IMG/VR virus record: IMGVR_UViG_3300047470_000115
Location: 1 to 64,000 of that record
DNA: 64,000 nucleotides
Strand: one strand, 5' to 3'
Source: a virus
Position numbers and translations under genes: made by a program. The first letter of the stretch is position 1. Every line of letters starts with the position of its first letter. This document shows, in pieces, positions 63,038-64,000 of the stretch. The notes under the pieces were generated by a model. That model ran no database searches, was not told the DNA's origin, and saw only the letters and a list, made by a program, of their open reading frames with translations.

Positions 63038-64000
63038 TCAGGCAGTCCGACGCGCACCCTTCTTGCCCTCCGGCGAGTCCTCGGCCGTGACACCCTCGAT
63101 GTTCGGGATGGTGCTGGGGCCGCCGGACGACGGGAACAGGCGGGCGCTGACGGCACCGGCCGAGGGCGGGTTCTTGCCCTCGTACTCCTTCGACGGGAAC
63201 TTCGAGATCCAGGCGATGGCCTTGAACTCGCCGACCGGCACGTCAGCCATGGCCTCGGCGACGTGCTTGCCGATGTCACCCTGGGCACCACCCGGGACGC
63301 GCGGACGACTGCCGCCACCCGCCGAGGCGCGGCGCCGGGCACCGGCCGCCTTGCCGTCGGCCGCCTTGAAGGCGCGCTTCACGTACTCGGGCACCTCGGG
63401 CTCGTCGCCCCGGTTCTCGGTGTCCGTGTTCCGGTACCACTCGGCGTACGCCTCGAAGGACTTGTGCTCGTTGGTCTCCGGGTCCTGGTACGCGTTGACC
63501 AGGGCGTGGATCGACTCGCCCGCCTTCTCCTTGTCGACCTCGTCCGCGATCGGCAGCGCCATGGTGGCGAGCGACAGGGACAGGAACTGGTCGACGTACG
63601 CCTCGGTCGGGTCGACCTTCGCCGCCGTCGCGGTGGCGCGGGTCGCCGTGGCCGCCTTCTTGGTCTCGTTGACCAGGAGGTTGTACGACTTGGCGCGCAT
63701 GATCGAGTCGTACATCGTGTCTTCGCCCTCGTCGTCCAGGAGCTCCTGGACCTTGCCCGTCAGCATCGGGCGGGCCTTGCGCTTCTCGCTGGCGTCGAGC
63801 TTGCGGTACGCCTCGCCGAACTTGGCGATGAGGGCCTCGGGGAGGGAGCCGGTCTGCTTGTCGCGACCCTCGTCCTCCATGATCTCGGCGCACAGCTTCA
63901 TCAGGTCGGCGACCGGGTCGGCCTCGGGCTCGGTGGTCGCGTCCGCCTCGGCGGGCGCGTCGCCCTCGGAAGCCTGGGCCTCGCCGGTCGCCTCGGTGAC
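63038..64000 (-). CDS. Probably highly expressed hypothetical protein with C-terminal winged-HTH-like domain (5' truncated by the window)
   Basis: Extreme GC3; frame appears open to the window edge; C-terminal KNPPSAGAVSARLF. Confidence 0.8.
   Translation of the reverse strand, partial: VTEATGEAQASEGDAPAEADATTEPEADPVADLMKLCAEIMEDEGRDKQTGSLPEALIAKFGEAYRKLDASEKRKARPMLTGKVQELLDDEGEDTMYDSIMRAKSYNLLVNETKKAATATRATATAAKVDPTEAYVDQFLSLSLATMALPIADEVDKEKAGESIHALVNAYQDPETNEHKSFEAYAEWYRNTDTENRGDEPEVPEYVKRAFKAADGKAAGARRRASAGGGSRPRVPGGAQGDIGKHVAEAMADVPVGEFKAIAWISKFPSKEYEGKNPPSAGAVSARLFPSSGGPSTIPNIEGVTAEDSPEGKKGARRTA

Overview
The window is about 64 kb of a high-GC tailed (siphovirus-type) actinobacteriophage. 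The host is probably Streptomyces, inferred from WhiB, the endolysin type and small-gene motifs. No bacterial host DNA is visible, and the last gene runs off the right edge. Layout: (i) 156-7178, minus-strand early genes with a split AEP primase plus Zn-finger/DUF3987-type helicase. (ii) A divergent promoter region at ~7190-7420 that appears to encode a small RNA. (iii) 7551-37534, a plus-strand virion/lysis module: TGT/DpdA-like gene in the small-terminase position, terminase, portal, protease/scaffold, decoration, capsid, head-tail, tail tube, frameshifted chaperones, 2087-aa tape measure with transglycosylase, baseplate, holin, amidase, beta-helix tail spike and a collagen-like membrane protein. 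(iv) 37804-64000, a minus-strand early arm: Cas4/RecB-like nuclease, WhiB, DNA MTase, RusA, beta clamp, oligoribonuclease, SNF2 helicase, SSB-like, HTH, tyrosine recombinase, VWA plus MoxR AAA, and HNH. No DNA polymerase, tRNA, CRISPR array or obvious repressor/attP was seen. The most unusual signal is an apparent RNA-based regulatory layer: three promoter-driven structured non-coding RNAs, one with a 5' end complementary to an exposed linker in the primase mRNA leader, plus a hairpin that sequesters the helicase RBS. All assignments come from manual motif reading; no database searches were run.
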